A stretch of DNA of 64,000 bases from an uncultured Verrucomicrobiae bacterium (GTDB taxonomy: Bacteria > Verrucomicrobiota > Verrucomicrobiia > Limisphaerales > UBA8199): positions 22,392-86,391 of the forward strand of contig CAVXLO010000032.1 in assembly GCA_963762555.1 (NCBI GenBank), written 5' to 3'. Below the pieces are notes generated by a model. That model had not been told where the DNA came from. It searched no databases and saw nothing but the letters and a program-made list of their open reading frames with translations. The first letter of the stretch is position 1; each line of letters opens with the position of its first letter. This document shows positions 9,639-19,119 of this stretch, in pieces. Both the position numbers and the translations under genes were made by a program.

Positions 9639-10087
9639 GGCGCAAGTCGAGTTCGTCTTGATCGGGGGATTTGCCGCGGTGGCGCACGGCGTTACTTTGG
9701 TCACGCGTGACCTGGACATCTGCTGCCGGTTCAGCGAGGCAAATCTGATGCGCATCCAGCAGGCGTTCGCAAATCTGCACCCGGTGCACCGTTCGCGACC
9801 GGATCGGCCCCTGGCGCTGACGCCCGGGCAGTGCGCGGGCCTGGAAAACCTCTATCTCAAAACCGATTTGGGGATTGTTGATTGCCTCGGCGAAGGTACT
9901 GGGCGTCGGTGACTTCGAGAGTGTCCTGGAGCACAGCGTTGAACTGGAACTACCCTTTGGCAACTGCCGGATTCTCGACCGAGAGGCCCTGATCCGCGCC
10001 AAGGAAGCAATGAATCGCGACCACGACCGGATCACCGTAAGACAACTCAGAGAAATCAAGAGACGCCAATCCCCACCAACACAGTGA
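9601..10087 (+). CDS. Pol-beta-superfamily nucleotidyltransferase (MNT/AbiEii-like), one frameshift as assembled
   Basis: From ATG 9601: MQNLSELTRRLVEAQVEFVLIGGFAAVAHGVTLVTRDLDICC, which is the GG..A..HG....T.DLD nucleotidyltransferase signature. The frame breaks near 9893 (...IVDCLGE / VLGVGDFESVLEHSVELELPFGNCRILDREALIRAKEAMNRDHDR...) and continues in ORF 9875..10087. Confidence 0.6.
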
Positions 10088-10314
10088 TGGCGCCAGGACG
10101 GATCTTCACCAACACATGGACCATGCAGAACAACGGCACCACTCCCTGGTCGCCGACGGAGAGCGGCTACACCTTGAATGCGTCAGGCACGGACAGGCCT
10201 TTCCCGGCCAGGCCGGTTACCGCTGACGCATCGCGCCTCTTAGGGCGATCCGCGGTTTCCCGAATTTCAGCGTTTCAGGCTTCCGCACCGTGGTCTCTTG
10301 TCAGTGGTCCGTAG
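10084..10314 (+). pseudogene. Possible fragment of an Nbr1-FW-like (Ig-like) domain protein
   Basis: 76-aa ORF. Only the first ~30 aa (GRIFTNTWTMQNNGTTPWSPTESGYTL) resemble the F.K.W...N.G...W pattern of Nbr1_FW domains. The rest is low-complexity. Confidence 0.2.
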
Positions 10315-10366
10315 TCCCAATTCGCTTCCTGCTTGCCGTTTGTCATTCCCCCTGCCTCACTAGGTC

Positions 10367-10609
10367 ATGAAAAAACGCGACTCCGCGTCGTCTTCGGGTG
10401 CCCCGGCACAACTTGGTTGTGAGTATGTTTACGGCCATTGCCCCCTCCTCGAAGGCGTCCGCATAGCCCTCGAGATGACCCCCTCACAGATCAAAGGCGC
10501 GGCGGCTTACTCCGGCCGCGCCCGCCAAGCCTGGCTCGCCGGCCGCCGCTACGCCCTGCTGGACCTCCTCCACTTCATCAACGACCTCCGGGCCAGAGCG
10601 GGCCAATAA
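10367..10609 (+). CDS. Hypothetical protein
   Basis: 80-aa ATG-initiated ORF in an otherwise empty interval. I recognise no family. Confidence 0.25.
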   Translation: MKKRDSASSSGAPAQLGCEYVYGHCPLLEGVRIALEMTPSQIKGAAAYSGRARQAWLAGRRYALLDLLHFINDLRARAGQ

Positions 10610-10798
10610 CACCGCAAGCGGCTGCGGAGCGCGGAAGCGGTCCGGGAGATTACGCTGGGGGCCAGCACGGCTTAATGTGAATCGCGATGCGGGAATGGCG
10701 CCGACTTTCCTGCCTCCGTCAGAAAGGACTTGGATCGCTTTCGTCAGTGCTGTGGTTACTCTCGCGCTGGTGCATCATTTGGCAACCTCGCCTTTGCC

Positions 10799-12620
10799 TT
10801 AGCTCGAGCCGCGCACCGAACCAGCCTGCCGCAACGGAAGGCGGGCGTCCGCATTCGCACGGTCCCGCAGCAGGTTCTCGGCGGCGGCCTGGGGCCTTCC
10901 CTCCGATTCGAGCTCCTGGGCGCGCGCACGGATGAGGCCCACGGCTGACTGGATCTGCCTGGAGCGCCTTATCCAGAGCTTCCTGCGCGCCTTGCTCCTC
11001 GCCGAGATCAAGGCAGCGGAACGCCAGTCGCGCATAGCCCTGGGCGTCGTGTGGGAGTGCCTCCGCCGCCAGGCGCTCGCGGCGGGCCCAGGTGTCCAGC
11101 CAGGCTGCCCGCCGGCGGCCGTCGGAGAAGTAGCGCGGGCCGAGTTGCTGAAGATGTTCCGCATAAGCCTGCCGGCGCTGCTCCTCGGTCCAGGGGCGCG
11201 TGTCAGGGGCCAGGCCGGATCGCCACACCTGTTCGGCCAGCGCTTGCGCAATCTTCTGGTGTCCGCCGATGGTTGGATGGACATGGTCCAGGTACCAGTC
11301 AAAGCCGGGGATGGAATCCGGCGCCTCGGCGGCGATGAGCGTTGCGGCGTCCACCAGGGGCGTGCCGGTTTCTGCGGCCACACGGGTGAGGATTTCCTGG
11401 AAGCCGGTGAGGATGCGCAACGGGCAGACATCCTGTTCCTTGGCCCTGATATAGTATTGGAGCGCTTCCGGCTTGCGACCCAGTTGGTCGAGCGTGCGCG
11501 CGATGCGGTAGTCGAGCAGGGCGTATTCGGAGTCAATCGCTTCCGCCTTGTGGTAGTAGCCCAGGGCGGCGGGCGCGTTGGTGAGTTCGGCGGCGGCGCC
11601 GGCCTCGAAGGCTTCCTGCCAGGCGAGTTCCTGGTCGGGGGAAAGGCCGGGCCTTCGCCGCGCCGAGGTGGAGGTCCCAACCGACCAAGGCATATCGGTG
11701 GAAGCTGGAGTTAGCGAGCCGCCAAGAGGGGCTCCGGCCACGCAGGCGGGCCGGTGTTCGGATTTGAAAGGCGGGCAATCGCGCAGGTTGACCCCGAGTT
11801 TGACCAGGATCATCGGCACCCGGGCGGCGCGGCAATCGGAAACCATTGTGCGCACTGAATCCTCGAATTGCGCGGTGACTCGCTCGCGCCAGGCATCGTC
11901 CCGATGGTAGGAGGCATACCCGCTGGCCTGATCGAGCTTGGCATTGACCTCGGGTGAGAGTTCCACCTTTTGGCCAGACGTTCGGTTCCCCATCCAATGG
12001 CGCGCGAGGTTCACGAGCCGGAGTGAATAGGCGGCGTTCTCCAGCTTTGCGCGCAGGGGGGAGCGCGTCTTGATGGCCTGGTAGGTGCGGTCCTCCAGGA
12101 ATTCGTTGTGCCCGGTCGCCAGGATCACCAGGTCGGGCTGGTAATGCAGAACCTCCTGGACGAGCGGCACCAGCCGGTAGCTGGCATAAGAGACGCCGCC
12201 GCAGTTGATGACTTCGTATGAGTGCGCGGGGTCTGCGGCCGCCAGCTCCATTTGTAGCCATTCGCAGAACGAGGTCTCACCTTCATAAGGGCGGCCGCAC
12301 ACGGTCGAACCGCCAAAGCAGAAGACGCGAAAGGCGTTGGCCGGCTTGGTGACGGGAAATTCCTGCGGATTGAAGTACGGCTCGCGCGCCCTGGCTGTGC
12401 GATAGACCGGTCCCTCCCGCACGAACAAGGGCAGCCGCTGGTTGAACCCGCTCAGTGCGTCGGTATTCTCCTCGGGCCGGCCTACGCCGACAAGCCGCAA
12501 GCCGCCTTCGGCCAGGACGAAGGGCAGGATCGCCAGGAAGACCGCGGCCACGCGGAACGCTGTCGAGCGCCATCGTCGGCTGCGACCGCCGCTTCCAGAG
12601 ATTGCGTTCGAATCGTCCAC
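10799..12620 (-). CDS. SGNH/GDSL-like hydrolase fused to C-terminal TPR repeats (one probable frameshift near 10948)
   Basis: ORF 10719..12620. It has an N-terminal TM helix, then FRVFCFGGSTVCG ... VINCGGVSYASYR ... DLVILATGHNEF (SGNH blocks), then TPR-like helices. After ...ALDKALQADP the sensible continuation (SAVGLIRARAQELESEGRPQAAAENLLRDRANADARL...*) lies in the frame of ORF 10799..11680, so the likely stop is 10799. Confidence 0.55.
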
Positions 12621-12769
12621 GAATATGCTAAGACTGATCGCGCTGCGGTGTGCGCAGCGCTAATTATCGGGCGAATTTACCATGAGCTATATAGACAGTC
12701 CATCGCGCAGCGGCGCCGGTGTGGAGGGTGGCCACGCCCTGTCACGGCCAGCGCGACGGCGGGGTAACT

Positions 12770-12887
12770 CCCTCTCCTCCACTGGAGGAGAGGGGCGGGG
12801 AGAGGAGGCCCCATGTTTTGAACCCGACTGAGCCCACCAGACCTTTGGAGCATACACGAACCCCTCTCCCCGCAAGCGGGGAGAGGG
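12770..12887. repeat. Two CCCTCTCC-N-GGAGAGGG type GC hairpins (REP-like)
   Basis: 12770..12794 reads ccctctcctcc-actg-gaggagaggg. 12862..12887 reads ccctctccccgc-aa-gcggggagaggg, a perfect 12-bp stem. Confidence 0.7.
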
Positions 12888-12982
12888 AAGCGCCCGGCAA
12901 TGCGCGGCAACAGGGCCAAGCCGTTCCAGCGGAAAGTCGGTCGGCGCGGTTTGAGGCTTCCAGGCTGGCCCGGACGGGACTG

Positions 12983-13759
12983 GTGATCGGCTTGTTGATC
13001 ACCGTGGGTGTGCTGACGGTGAACGTCTGGCTCTCTGCCCGCCTGACCGAGGATCTGCGGCGGGGAAGCCGGGAGCACGCATTCTGGGTGGTCTGCCAGC
13101 CGGGGCATTCAGCCGCCGAACGCGCTGGCGCGTTTCTGCAGCTTGCGGCGGCGGGCAACAAAGAGTGGCGCAGCGCCGATCTGCGTAATCTGAACCTGGC
13201 CGGGGCCATGTTGGGCGGGGCCGATCTGTCTTTTGCGCTGTTTAACGATGCCAACCTTGCGGGCGCGAATCTGGCCGGCGCGCGAGTTTTCAAGGGCTCG
13301 TTCGAGCAGGCGGACCTGAGGGGGGCCGACCTCAGCGATGCGGACCTTTCGGAGGCGCAGTTGTATCGGGCCGACCTCCGGGGAGCCAGGCTTCGCCGCG
13401 CGAAGCTGCGTGCGGCCTACTTGCAGGAAGTGCAGGCGGAAAAGGCCGACCTTACACTGGCCGATCTCTCGGATGCAATTTGCCCCATGGCGAGCTTCGC
13501 CGATGCGAGAATGAACGGGGCCAATCTGAGCGGAGCCAACCTCGAGGCGGCGGTCTTGCGCGGGGCTAATCTCTCGCTCGCCCGGTTGGATGGCGCTCAT
13601 CTGAAAGACGCGGATTTCACCAACGCCAACTGGTGGCGATCGCTCGGCCTGACTGTAGAACAGATCAACCTGCTCCAGAAGAAATTCGCGCCCGCCACCA
13701 ACGCTGAGCCGGCGCTGAAGCTCGACTACGACAAGTGGGTCCAGAGCTGGCCGCGCTAG
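12983..13759 (+). CDS. Membrane-anchored pentapeptide-repeat protein
   Basis: ORF 12719..13759. The first ~85 codons run through the REP hairpins, so I prefer the in-frame GTG at 12983, just before the TM helix IGLLITVGVLTVNVWLSA. The body is classic A(D/N)LxG pentapeptide repeats (ADLRNLNLAGAMLGGADLSFALFNDANLAGANLAGA...ADLRGADLSDADLSEAQLYRADLRGARL...). Confidence 0.75.
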   Translation: MIGLLITVGVLTVNVWLSARLTEDLRRGSREHAFWVVCQPGHSAAERAGAFLQLAAAGNKEWRSADLRNLNLAGAMLGGADLSFALFNDANLAGANLAGARVFKGSFEQADLRGADLSDADLSEAQLYRADLRGARLRRAKLRAAYLQEVQAEKADLTLADLSDAICPMASFADARMNGANLSGANLEAAVLRGANLSLARLDGAHLKDADFTNANWWRSLGLTVEQINLLQKKFAPATNAEPALKLDYDKWVQSWPR

Positions 13760-13788
13760 TGTGGTGTCTCAGAATTGTGCTGACATAT

Positions 13789-13891
13789 CCCAAAGCGCCA
13801 GAGGACTGGCGTAGTCCAGGACGCTTCGCGGTCGCCGGCGCTGGGGAGCCCGCGAAGCGTCTTGGACTGCGCCAGTCCTCTGGCGCTTTGG
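13789..13891. repeat. ~100-bp imperfect inverted repeat between convergent genes (REP/terminator-like)
   Basis: ccaaagcgccagaggactggcgtagtccaggacgcttcgcgg ... ccgcgaagcgtcttggactgcgccagtcctctggcgctttgg. The arms are ~42 nt with a few mismatches. The repeat starts 30 nt after the pentapeptide gene stop. Confidence 0.7.
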
Positions 13892-14054
13892 CCCCCCTGC
13901 AAGACCAGCCTGTGGAAGTATAAAAACAGAGCTGCGCCCCTCTCGACCGGCCCTGCATAGAACTCCCGTTTCGTGCCCCCAAAGAGGACCCAGTCTGCCG
14001 TGAAGCCGCCGGTCCGACCGCGCGTAGGCAGAGGGCCGCTCTCGGTGGCCGCCG

Positions 14055-15344
14055 TCAAACGGCAAGGCTCTGGCGCACGCGGGTCATAGTCTCGCGCTGG
14101 AATCGAGTGACGACGTCGCGGGCCGCGGCGGCTTTGGCGCGCGCCGCAGCCGGGTCTTGCGCTATCGCCAGCACTGCCGGCACAAGGCGCTTGATATCCT
14201 CCTCGTGGTCCAGGTCAAAGAGCCAGTTGCCCAGGCCAATATCACGCCACATGTAGCCCTTGCTGGTTTGCTCGGCGAACCGGCAGACGATGGCGGGCAC
14301 GCCCTGGCCGATGCACAGGATGGGCGAGTGCATCTCGTTGCCGAAAAGCCCGGCCGAGCGAACGTATGTGCTCAGTGCTTCGTCGGGCAGCCAGAAGTCT
14401 TTGCGCCACACCACACCCTGGCGCACCTCGGGTGGCAGCTTGTCCAGGAGCATTTCCTTGCCGACGGCCATCTGGCTCTCGTCCTCGGGACACAGGAGAA
14501 CCTTCAGACCGGCCTCACGCACGACGGCGCGGATGGCCTCACGGAGCGGCGCATGATCATGCTCTTTCGTCGCCTCATTGCGCGCGTGCTTGCGCTTGTC
14601 TTCGGCGGTCATCGCTTTGCCGCGGATTTCCCAATACGGCGTGTAGCGCAGCCGGGGAATGCAACAGAGGAACCTGCCTTCCACCAGCCCATGCGCCCGG
14701 AGGAAGGTCTCGGCCGCCTCGTCGTCCCGCAGGTCGCAGGCGAATGCGCCGTCCGGGGCGAACGCCATCACCGGGCACCGCACCCCTTCCGCCTTGGCTC
14801 TCCCCAGCGAAACCGAATCGCGGAAGAAGACAAAGCGCGCCTGGCTCAGCAGGGACCTTTGCGCGCTCCCCAAACCGCCGTACGTGATGGCATAGACGCC
14901 AAAGGGCTTCTTCGTATGCTGCACGAAGTCGGCTACGTCGCGATACGCCACCAGCATTGGGCCGGAGCCATGCAGCAGGAAATCGCACCACTTGACCGCC
15001 TCGGCCAACTCCGGGTTCGCACCCCGCCCGTCGGGGCCGAGGCTGCCCTTGACGATACGGAGGTTGGGGAAGCGGCGGCGCAGCATGACCGCCACCTCCT
15101 GGGAAAGGTCGGCTGAGGCCCAGAGCCGCGTTTCGGCTTCGGGGATGTATGTCTCAAGTAGGGCCAGGACCCCCGGCGTGTGTGCTATATCGCCGATGTT
15201 GGCGACCTGCCAGGATGACCTCAAAAGGATGCGTGGCCCGCGCTGGTCGGCTGCCCGTAGCGAGGAAATCAAGGCAGCCGCCAGAACGGCCTGAAGAAAG
15301 GCGCGGCGATCCATTAGTCCTGATCCGGCAGGCAGTGTGTCCAT
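14055..15344 (-). CDS. Polysaccharide pyruvyl-transferase-family protein with Tat-type signal
   Basis: ORF 14055..15479. The likely start is ATG 15344 (TGAaATG coupling to the upstream gene) or 15314. The sequence MDRRAFLQAVLAAALISSLRAADQ looks like a twin-arginine signal. ILLRSSWQVANIGDIAHTPGVLALLE...FLLHGSGP resembles the PS_pyruv_trans N-terminus. Confidence 0.5.
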   Translation of the reverse strand: MDTLPAGSGLMDRRAFLQAVLAAALISSLRAADQRGPRILLRSSWQVANIGDIAHTPGVLALLETYIPEAETRLWASADLSQEVAVMLRRRFPNLRIVKGSLGPDGRGANPELAEAVKWCDFLLHGSGPMLVAYRDVADFVQHTKKPFGVYAITYGGLGSAQRSLLSQARFVFFRDSVSLGRAKAEGVRCPVMAFAPDGAFACDLRDDEAAETFLRAHGLVEGRFLCCIPRLRYTPYWEIRGKAMTAEDKRKHARNEATKEHDHAPLREAIRAVVREAGLKVLLCPEDESQMAVGKEMLLDKLPPEVRQGVVWRKDFWLPDEALSTYVRSAGLFGNEMHSPILCIGQGVPAIVCRFAEQTSKGYMWRDIGLGNWLFDLDHEEDIKRLVPAVLAIAQDPAAARAKAAAARDVVTRFQRETMTRVRQSLAV

Positions 15345-15345
15345 T

Positions 15346-16321
<976 letters not shown>

Positions 16322-16586
16322 GTGTATTAACAAGACTAGACGAAGATAGACACGGATTCCACGGATTGTCACGGATAGCCGGGCCTCAATCCCTGGAACT
16401 TCGTGGAATCCGTGTCACCTTGAGGTGGGTCCTCATAGCTGTGCTGGCAGTCGGTGTATTTGAACGTCTCCCAGGTGCGGATCGGCTGACGGGGCGTCAC
16501 GGCGTCACAAGCCAGGTTGGCACGTAGCGGAGGTGTTTCCGGCAAGTGAGGCTTGTTTTCCGTTATCTCTCGCGTACTATTTTGCC

Positions 16587-16850
16587 ATGATGTTTCCGCT
16601 TTCCGCCTACATTGACGCCGCCCTGGAACTGGCGCGCTACGATAAGCTGGAAGACGGCTCGTTCGCTGGCGAAATCCCCAAGTTGAAAGGCGTGGCCGCG
16701 TTTGGGCCGTCGTTGCGGGCATGTGAAGACGAGTTGCGCTCCACGCTCGAGGACTGGATTCTCGTTGGCCTGAAGCTCGGGCACAAACTTCCCGTACTGG
16801 CCGGCATTGACCTGAACAAGGTGCGACATGGCCGGCTGGCGACCCATTAA
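16587..16850 (+). CDS. hicB: HicB-family antitoxin (UPF0150 N-domain type)
   Basis: From ATG 16587: MMFPLSAYIDAALELARYDKLEDGSFAGEIPKLKGVAAFGPSLRACEDELRSTLEDWILVGLKLGHKLPVLAGIDL. It overlaps the next ORF by 23 nt. Confidence 0.7.
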   Translation: MMFPLSAYIDAALELARYDKLEDGSFAGEIPKLKGVAAFGPSLRACEDELRSTLEDWILVGLKLGHKLPVLAGIDLNKVRHGRLATH

Positions 16851-17058
16851 GCGGCGCGAATTCATCCGCCGCCTCCGGGCGCTCGGCTTTGAGGGGCCTT
16901 TCTCCGGCACGCGGCATCAGTTCATGGTGTCCGGCCAGCACCGGCAGACCATTCCTAGCAATCCTGAATACTCTATCCCACAGACCCGGATTCTGCTCCG
17001 GCAGGTTGAATCCATTCTGGGCCGCGCGGTTTCCTTGGACGAATGGGATTCCCTCTGA
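16828..17058 (+). CDS. hicA: HicA-family mRNA-interferase toxin (YcfA-like)
   Basis: 76 aa: MAGWRPIKRREFIRRLRALGFEGPFSGTRHQFMVSGQHRQTIPSNPEYSIPQTRILLRQVESILG. This fits the K.RE...L...GF.....G(S/T).H......tiP pattern. Confidence 0.7.
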   Translation: MAGWRPIKRREFIRRLRALGFEGPFSGTRHQFMVSGQHRQTIPSNPEYSIPQTRILLRQVESILGRAVSLDEWDSL

Positions 17059-17158
17059 GGGTTTTCGACCTTGAGTTTGAGGTACGATTGGAAGCCACCC
17101 AGAACCAGCAGTCCACTCGGCGAGGCATCGCATGTGACCTTCCTGCTATGTAAATGCT

Positions 17159-17887
17159 CTACGGATACTCCGCCCGGAAGAACTGCCCGCCGCTCAAGGG
17201 CGAAAGCGTAACGTGGTTCTCCGCGCCGACCTGGGTGACCGCATTGGTGACGGTGGTCCATGGGCCCCCGGCGAGATTGGTGGTCTGGCACAGACTGGGG
17301 CACCATACCGGCCAGGCAACGAGAGCGCCTGCGTGGCTGAGGCGGGAAATCCGCACTGCTGGGGCGTATGGATAATAAGACCACGTGTCGTAGAAGGTAA
17401 CACTGCTGTTGTAGCCGCCCCAAACAATCATTTGGCTGCCTGTCCACACCGCAGTATGCCAATAGCGCGCAGGGGGTTCGCCTGTGGCGGGCAGCGCCGT
17501 CCAACTGTTGGCCACCAAGTTGTAGCGCCCGCCGGTGTTCAGCCCGTAAGAACCGTCCGGCCCATTATAACCGCCCCATAAGACCATCTCGCTGCCTGTC
17601 CACACGGCAGTGTGCGCAACGCGGCCGCCAGGCGCTCCGATCGTGGGCAAGGCCACCCAAGTGTTGGCGAGGGGATCGTAGCGCCCGCCGGTGTCCGGGT
17701 AAAAGGGACTGAGGCTGCCGTTGTAACCGCCCCAGACAATCATCTGACTTCCTGTCCACACTGCCGTGGGTCCCTCGCGCGCGGTGGGCGCGCTGTTGGT
17801 GGAAAGCTCCCACCAGGCGTTGGCCAGTGGGTCGAAGCGCCCGCCGTCGTTGAACCAAAAAAAGCGGTCGCTATAGGTACTTTCCAC
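17159..17887 (-). CDS. Kelch paralogue A, fragment 3/3: blades 5-7 and the C-terminal module
   Basis: ...FNDGGRFDPLANAWWEL...WHTAVWTGSQMIVWGG..., then TWSYYPYAPAVRISRLSHAGALVAWPVW...TTNLAGGPWTTVTNAVTQVGAENHVTLSPLSGGQFFRAEYP*. Confidence 0.75.
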   Translation of the reverse strand: MESTYSDRFFWFNDGGRFDPLANAWWELSTNSAPTAREGPTAVWTGSQMIVWGGYNGSLSPFYPDTGGRYDPLANTWVALPTIGAPGGRVAHTAVWTGSEMVLWGGYNGPDGSYGLNTGGRYNLVANSWTALPATGEPPARYWHTAVWTGSQMIVWGGYNSSVTFYDTWSYYPYAPAVRISRLSHAGALVAWPVWCPSLCQTTNLAGGPWTTVTNAVTQVGAENHVTLSPLSGGQFFRAEYP

Positions 17888-18317
17888 CCCAGATGATCAT
17901 CTCGGTACCGGTCCAAACTGCAGTGTGCGCGCTACGTGCGGTGGGCGCGTCGGTGGTCGGCACAGCCGTCCAAACGTTAGCCAGGGGATTGTAGCGCCCG
18001 CCTGTGTTCAAGAAGCCGCTGTCGTTCCCCCCGCCCCAGATGATCATGTCGCTACCCGTCCACACTGCGGTGTGGCCGACACGCCCGGCGGGCGCACTCG
18101 TCATGGGTAGTGTCGTCCAACTGTCGGCCGCCGGATCGTAGCGCCCGCCTGTGTTCAAGAAGCCGCTGCCGCCCGACCCGCCCCAGACGATCATTTCGCT
18201 TCCAGTCCATACCGCCGTGTGAAACCCGCGCCAGGCGGGCGCGCCGGTCGCGGACACTGCCGCCCAACTGCTGGCTATCGGGTTGTAGCGCCCGCCGTTG
18301 TCGAATGCCATAGCCAA
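17871..18317 (-). CDS. Kelch paralogue A, fragment 2/3: blades 2-4
   Basis: (M)AFDNGGRYNPIASSWAAVSATGAPAWRGFHTAVWTGSEMIVWGG... The fragment ends at a frame break near 17880. Confidence 0.75.
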   Translation of the reverse strand: MAMAFDNGGRYNPIASSWAAVSATGAPAWRGFHTAVWTGSEMIVWGGSGGSGFLNTGGRYDPAADSWTTLPMTSAPAGRVGHTAVWTGSDMIIWGGGNDSGFLNTGGRYNPLANVWTAVPTTDAPTARSAHTAVWTGTEMIIWGGKYL

Positions 18318-19101
18318 CTCCGCCCCAGACGATCATCTCGCTCCCAGTCCATACCGCCGTGTGGGCATAGCGCGCGATGGGGCTGGGCGAGTGGTCAGCG
18401 CGCTGCGCCCAAATACCCAGAGGCAGTTTGACGAGAACAGCCCCAGCATCAAAGATGTAGCTGCCATAGGCGGTCTGGGTGAAGGCATTCCAGCCCGGAC
18501 TGCCGGTGAGATTGCCGGCGATGGCCTCGGTGGAACGGGAACCGTCGGTCCTGACGTAGGTGCCGAAGACCTGGATGGTCGAGCGGACCCCGGGGATCAT
18601 GCCGATGAGGGCAGCGGGGAAGCTGAAGGTGTAGGGACCAGTGTCATTGAGGGGAGCCAGGTTGGCGCTGCCGAGATATACCAGACTGCCGTTGGTGCCG
18701 TTGGCCAACTGCCACAAGCTGCCCGACTCGACCGCCGACGGACCAAGCACAATGGCATAGTTGGGCTTGAACCCGCTGGCGAAGGTCAGCAGGCTGCGGC
18801 CTGAGGCGGAGACGCCCGAAATGGCCTGGCAGCGGTAGTCGCCCTGGTCGTTGAAGCCGGAGGTGTCGGCAAAGCCGCCCGGGCCGGACTGAATATACAG
18901 GACCAGCACGTCATTCATGCTGCCGACAACGGTGAGCGTGCCGGAGATGTTGGTGCCGTCATCAGTCAAGGTGAGCGTGCCGTTGCCGATGGCGCCGCCG
19001 AAGCCGGTGTCGCCGTTGCCGCGGTATTGGTCCGCGCGTGCGGGCCAGGCCGCCATTAGGACAGATGCGGCCAGGAGGAGGAATTGCGTCGTCGTTTTCA
19101 C
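18052..19101 (-). CDS. Kelch paralogue A, fragment 1/3: signal peptide, ~270-aa N-domain and blade 1
   Basis: It begins MKTTTQFLLLAASVLMAAWPARADQYRGNGDTGFGGAIGNGTLTLTDDGTNISGTL... and runs to ...YAHTAVWTGSEMIVWGG. Sense is lost after ~18310, where the frame of ORF 17871..18317 takes over. Confidence 0.75.
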   Translation of the reverse strand: MKTTTQFLLLAASVLMAAWPARADQYRGNGDTGFGGAIGNGTLTLTDDGTNISGTLTVVGSMNDVLVLYIQSGPGGFADTSGFNDQGDYRCQAISGVSASGRSLLTFASGFKPNYAIVLGPSAVESGSLWQLANGTNGSLVYLGSANLAPLNDTGPYTFSFPAALIGMIPGVRSTIQVFGTYVRTDGSRSTEAIAGNLTGSPGWNAFTQTAYGSYIFDAGAVLVKLPLGIWAQRADHSPSPIARYAHTAVWTGSEMIVWGGVGYGIRQRRALQPDSQQLGGSVRDRRARLARVSHGGMDWKRNDRLGRVGRQRLLEHRRALRSGGRQLDDTTHDECARRACRPHRSVDG

Positions 19102-19119
19102 AGTCGCTAGTTCACTGCA

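Noticed and set aside
16369-17133. A 254-aa minus-strand ORF across the hicBA locus.
   Set aside because: It is antisense to two well-supported small TA genes and has no recognisable features.
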